Source: Amoebidium appalachense (taxonomy: Eukaryota > Protista > Ichthyosporea). From it: DNA of 64,000 nt. The stretch covers positions 2,093,979 through 2,157,978 of the forward strand of contig CAVNZM010000007.1 in NCBI GenBank assembly GCA_963693365.1. Direction: 5' to 3'. A model generated the notes under the pieces. That model worked only from the letters and a program-made list of their open reading frames with translations. It made no database searches and was not told the DNA's origin. Both the position numbers and the translations under genes were made by a program. Position 1 is the stretch's first letter; each line of letters begins with the position of its first letter. Below are positions 59,821 through 64,000 of the stretch, piece after piece.

Positions 59821-60174
59821 ATGTGTGTGTGTTGTGTTGTGGGGACGTGCGCATAAAGCTCGGAAGTTGTGCATGCAATTGTTGGGATGCAACCCTAGAG
59901 CTCGGGCGGGTGGGTGGGTGAATTAGTGGGTGCGATGTTGGGAAATGAGCTAACGACGTAGGAGTTCGCTCCTTATATACCAACGGACTCACTCAATGGG
60001 CTATCATTGTTAGAAACACCATTTCAACCAATGATTGCCCTAGAATACACTCTAAATAGTGCTTGATGGATTTAAGCTAAGTATTTAGATGTATGGTTGC
60101 TACCTGCGTCCACTGCTGCCTTCATGATCAGACAAGTACTAGTATTGCGCCGTTACAAGCTTATTAGAGATCCT

Positions 60175-61099
60175 TTACACAATCAACTGCAAACAAGCTG
60201 TATGTTGGTGGCCGGTGCCGTAGGTGGTTGGCTTCGCGCCAAGCCAGGTGCCGAGCCAATCAATTTGCTGGTCAGAGACCCCCGCAGCCTTGGCCGCGCC
60301 GAACATGCCATGACGGAGGCAGTGGAAGGTGACGGCGTTGGCTAACAGGGGCTCCACGCCGATAGCGCACAACTCGCGCTGCATCCACTCGGTCTGGTGG
60401 TTGACGTTACCGGTGGGGAGGATGCAGTGGGGGGCGTCGGGGGGACGGGGAGTGGCAGGCACTGCTGCCTGTAGGGCCGGGACACAGATGGTGGGCACCA
60501 CTCGCGTGCGCACGACGGGGTCACGCAACTTGCCCGCGCCTTGCTTGATTTTCCGCAGCCGTAGAGTGATGCGGTGGCCTTGTGGGTACGGGCCTTCAAA
60601 ACCACGTGTTCTGCGAGCAGTTCGGTTACCGTGGTCCACCGCAGGCCCCAGAGGTAGGCCAACAGGAGCACTCCCAGGCGCCGCTGTGTGTTGGCGGTGG
60701 TCTGGGGCTGGTGGGTCAGGATGAGGGACACCCATTCGGCATCGAACCGCCGCGGGTCGGCCAGCTTGTCGGGGTTACGCTGCATATGGGTGCGGGTGTA
60801 CCCCTGGGTGAGGGCGGACATGACCGATGGGGGAGGGTATGGGAGCCCCCAAAGTTCGTGTACCTTGCGCAGGGCAGAGAGCTTGCCGACCACCGTGCCC
60901 GGCGCGTAATTTCGCTCCATCAACTTGGCCACAAACGCAGTGGCAACCGTGCCGGTGAGGGGCCAAGGGGCGAAGGCGGACTCTTGACAAAACTGAAGGT
61001 AAAACCGAATTTTCATCTGGTAGCGCTCCCAGGTGGTGGCGGCAAGTGGCCTTAGGGTGTTGCTGATCAAAACATCCACATTTGCCCTGAGGGTTGGGG
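60175..61099 (-). pseudogene. DIRS-type tyrosine recombinase; one frameshift near 60600 and N-terminus cut by the Gypsy LTR
   Basis: SAM-like N-domain (TWERYQ..FC..WP..AFVAKL..APGTVVGKLSALR). Catalytic residues R (WGLR), K (RKIK), HCLR, LGTW and Y (TTYG). The two frames join if one T is added in the T4 run at 60598-60601. The frame is open up to the LTR edge at 61099. Confidence 0.88.
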
Positions 61100-61714
61100 T
61101 GTTGTATAATATGATCGTGTGTCTGTGACAAACAATATGTTTATAAATGAACGGGGTTGACTAGACCACGCTTTGCTTAGTTACGTGCTAGTCCTACTTA
61201 CACCTAGTAAGCCGAGCACACTGAGTGAGCTCTGAAGCCCCCAACATGCCCTTATATCGGAGCTCGCACAGCGGCTCAGACATGCGCATCGGTATGTGCT
61301 TTTTTGGCTACGAGCCAATCACATACGGTTCACGGTCCTGTCCCATGGCTAACACGGTTCCAATAAACTTAGTGAGCCAATCGGGTGACAGTACTTGACT
61401 ATCGATGCATTCCACAGTCATACCTCACGGCTACTTGCATATTTTCCCATGATAAAACTATAACTTAACGCTCATGGTTCCTCTGCTACGTGTCGGTCCC
61501 ATGTGACTATTATATCTGTTTTCCCATGAATAATTCTGCAAGCTGCACGTGCACATATGTTTAACTTCTTGCTCATGCGCACAAGACTGGGGGGAGACAT
61601 GCATACTGGCCTACCTAAGATCAAACACAGTGGTATATATACATGTACACGTGTGCGTATATCTCAACCTGTGTACATCCATACTAGATATCCGGTATAA
61701 TATAGTATACCACA
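61100..61714 (-). repeat. Gypsy 3' LTR (615 bp)
   Basis: Terminal inverted ends tgttgtata / tataccaca; PPT-like ggtggggcg (minus strand) at 61715-61723. The partner LTR is outside the window. Confidence 0.75.
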
Positions 61715-61754
61715 CGCCCCACCGTAAAAAGAAGTATGTCGTCCTCGACATACG

Positions 61755-64000
61755 TCACCATGCTCCACACAATGAGTCAATGTATCCGTGGAACGATGCA
61801 AGGTCACCTCTGCGTTGGTGGAACTCTCGGATCTTGTCCGGGCAGGCTAAGTCTTTCTCACACTCCCAAGAGGTGAATGAATCATCTTTGCCTGCCCACT
61901 TGATCTGGTACCACTTGTAAGGGGTGGATTGCTTGCGCCGTTTCTGAATTCTTACGTCAAGCACCTTTTCCACCACCCACTCGTCCGGCAGAACCTTGTT
62001 GAAGTTGTGACTATCGCCCGTGTCCGGGAGGTGAGAGAGATCTTGAGGCCGAATTCTATTTTGCTCACTCAATTCAAGCTGAATATCGTCCACGTGCCAC
62101 TTAGATTTCTTCATAGTTGCGAAGCTTCGGATCTCGTACGTGACCGGGCCGACCCTTTTGACGATTTCTTAACCCGTAATCCACCGTACATCCCAGGCAC
62201 CGATATTTTTGGCTTGATTCCGAACACGTATCCGTGCACCCTTCTTAAATTCACGAGCCACCGAGGGGCCTGGGCGCTCTCGTACGGCACGTTGCTGGAC
62301 CACAGCACGGAGCAGAGGCAGACGGGCTAATAACTCTCGCCGGTATGCCTTCCACTCTGGGTCCTTGAGTGCCGGGTGGTTACTGCTAAGAAGGGCAACG
62401 TCAGGGAATTGTGTTGCTTCTTGCCCGTACACAAGATAATACGGTGTACATTGCAAAATTTTGTGTGTTGTTGTGTTGTATGCATGTGTAACCACCGGCA
62501 ACAGAGTGTCCCAATTAGTGTGCTCATAATTAACGTACTTTGAGAGTGCATTATTAATAAATCTATGAGACCGTTCATTGGAACCGTTGCTTTGTGGGTG
62601 ATATGCAGAGGTGCTCACTTGTGCAATATTTGCTATACGGCAAATCTCAATAATTAGCTCATTGAGAAATTCTGATCCTTGATCACTCAAGAGTGTACGA
62701 GGGGGGCCGTGTATATAGCAAATTACATTCATGAGTGCATGTGCAACATTAACGGCATGCTTAGATTGGATGGGCACAGTGATTAAATACTTCGTTGCCA
62801 TATCCATAAACACACAAATGAAAGTATTACCATTTTTCGTTTCTGTGAACGGACCCATAAGGTCAACAGAAACACGAGAGAACATTTTTAAATTTTCGTA
62901 TCTCTGTTCAAATGGCCTACTTCTCAAGTGTGGGTTATCGTTACGGCCTTGGCACTGTGTGCAGGCATTCACATAAGCAGTGATATCTTTGTGCATGCGT
63001 GGCCAATAATAATTGTATAATCTTTCGTAAGTTCGTTCAATGCCAGTATGAGCCCCCCCGTCGTGCACACTTCTTAATAAATCAGCACGAAGGATTTCGA
63101 GCACATACAGGCAACGACGACCATCCTTAGCCACATGATAAAGCACGTCATCCTCTATCACACACATTTGTGCTATTTTCTTAACCTTTTTGTATCCGAA
63201 ATACTCAAGATTAAGACCGTGTGCAGCTCGTTCCCCCCTGCCTGCCATTTTCGTTTGGCCTCGGAATCGAGGGAGGCAAGCCACCGTAGCCACGTGATTA
63301 TATCCTTACACATTTTGTCCCCCCCTGTGCCATCATAATTGCTTCCTTCTGATAGCCGGCACCACCGAGTGCAGAAAGGGAGGGCAGGCCGGCTTGACTG
63401 AGTGCAGAAATTTGTGCACATTTCAAGCGGTCTGGATCGAAAATGTGTGTGAATTCGAGTGCATCACCCCAATCAACAAACACTTCGGCTGGTTTCGAGC
63501 TAAGCTCGGATAAATCTGCTGTGAGAACCTCTTGTAATTCCTTTTTCACATCCCACCTTTCCAGTGGTATGTTTTCGTTCTCATGCAGAATATATCCTAT
63601 ACGGCTTAAGCCATCAGCATCGTGCATGGTAGGGCCAGGACGGTAGTATAGATCGAAATCATACTCCTGCATTTCCAAAGCCCACCGTTGCATCCGTTCG
63701 TTTGCTATCCGTTTGACACCTTTAAGAGAAAGACAGGGCTTATGGTCACTTTCCACAATAGTATTCACTCGACCATACACGTACACCCTAAACTCTTTCA
63801 GTGCCCAATAGATTGCATGCGTTTCTCGTTCGATGTTGCTCCACCTACGTTCGGTAGGTTGAAACATCCGGGAGGCATATGCCACCGTGCGGAACTTGCC
63901 ATCTTTTTGTTTTTGATACAGGCAAGCCCCTTCCGAGAACCGACTAGCATCACAACGAATAAGAAACTGACCCCCCGTGGGGGAAAGATCGGGCAGGGCA
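61755..64000 (-). pseudogene. Gypsy pol (RNaseH-integrase-chromodomain), disrupted
   Basis: Frame breaks around 63200-63325 and an in-frame TAA at 62169-62171 (..RWITG*EIVKRVGPVTYEI..). Confidence 0.85.

Larger units (their letters stand above)
52730..61099 (-). mobile_element. DIRS/PAT-like tyrosine-recombinase unit (3' part: YR-B1'-A2'-spacer-B2'), interrupted by Copia and Gypsy; 5' end outside the window
   Basis: B' repeat atttagatgtatggttgct at 52730-52748 and 60083-60101. The YR ORF ends 74 nt from B1'. Cis-motifs are shared with the RT unit. Confidence 0.82.
61100..64000 (-). mobile_element. Ty3/Gypsy chromovirus-type LTR retrotransposon, 3' part, degenerate
   Basis: RNase H (IRCDAS, AYASR, IERETHAIYWAL, ESDHKP), integrase (H..GAHTG..CTQC, VDLMGP, SDQGSEF, SNGSNER), chromodomain (EWVVEKVLD..YQIKWAG..TSWE) and a 3' LTR. 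Confidence 0.92.

Noticed and set aside
49743-60114. CRISPR or integron interpretation of the four short repeats
   Set aside because: Eukaryotic context, irregular kb-scale spacing and no cas genes; the layout fits split direct repeats of YR retroelements.
60595-60605. YR frameshift as a programmed event
   Set aside because: A single missing T in a short T run, in a copy already disrupted by two insertions; no canonical slippery heptamer.
50295-61099. A single VIPER/TATE-like element with YR-then-RT gene order
   Set aside because: The RT ORF is enclosed by its own complete A/B termini and the YR ORF has a separate B' pair, so these are two units.
61160-61177. taga-N8-tgct (ctagaccacgctttgct) resembling a fifth B site
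   Set aside because: It lies inside the Gypsy LTR and lacks the ttt prefix and the R1/R2 arms, so it is probably chance.

Overview
Eukaryotic, intron-rich DNA with dense poly(C)/poly(G), (CA)n and (GA)n tracts. Gene content suggests a unicellular opisthokont or holozoan (inference only). Bases 1-49 kb hold three spliced genes: a HADHB-type mitochondrial 3-ketoacyl-CoA thiolase (+), an ARID4/RBBP1-like chromatin reader with no visible ARID domain (-), and a TMEM181-like membrane protein fused to a class-3 lipase (-). Bases 49.7-64 kb are a nested transposon cluster. The main observation is two adjacent DIRS/PAT-like units. One is a complete ~3 kb split-direct-repeat element encoding only RT-RNaseH-MT. 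The other carries a tyrosine recombinase. Their sequences are otherwise unrelated, but they share five short cis-motifs in the same order, which suggests a segmented (multipartite) YR retrotransposon. The 5' part of the YR unit lies outside the window, so this is unproven. A very young Copia element and a degenerate chromodomain Gypsy element are nested in the YR unit. Introns also carry two related families of short poly(C)-tailed repeats, all sense-oriented to their host genes. All alignments and family assignments were made by eye; no searches were run.
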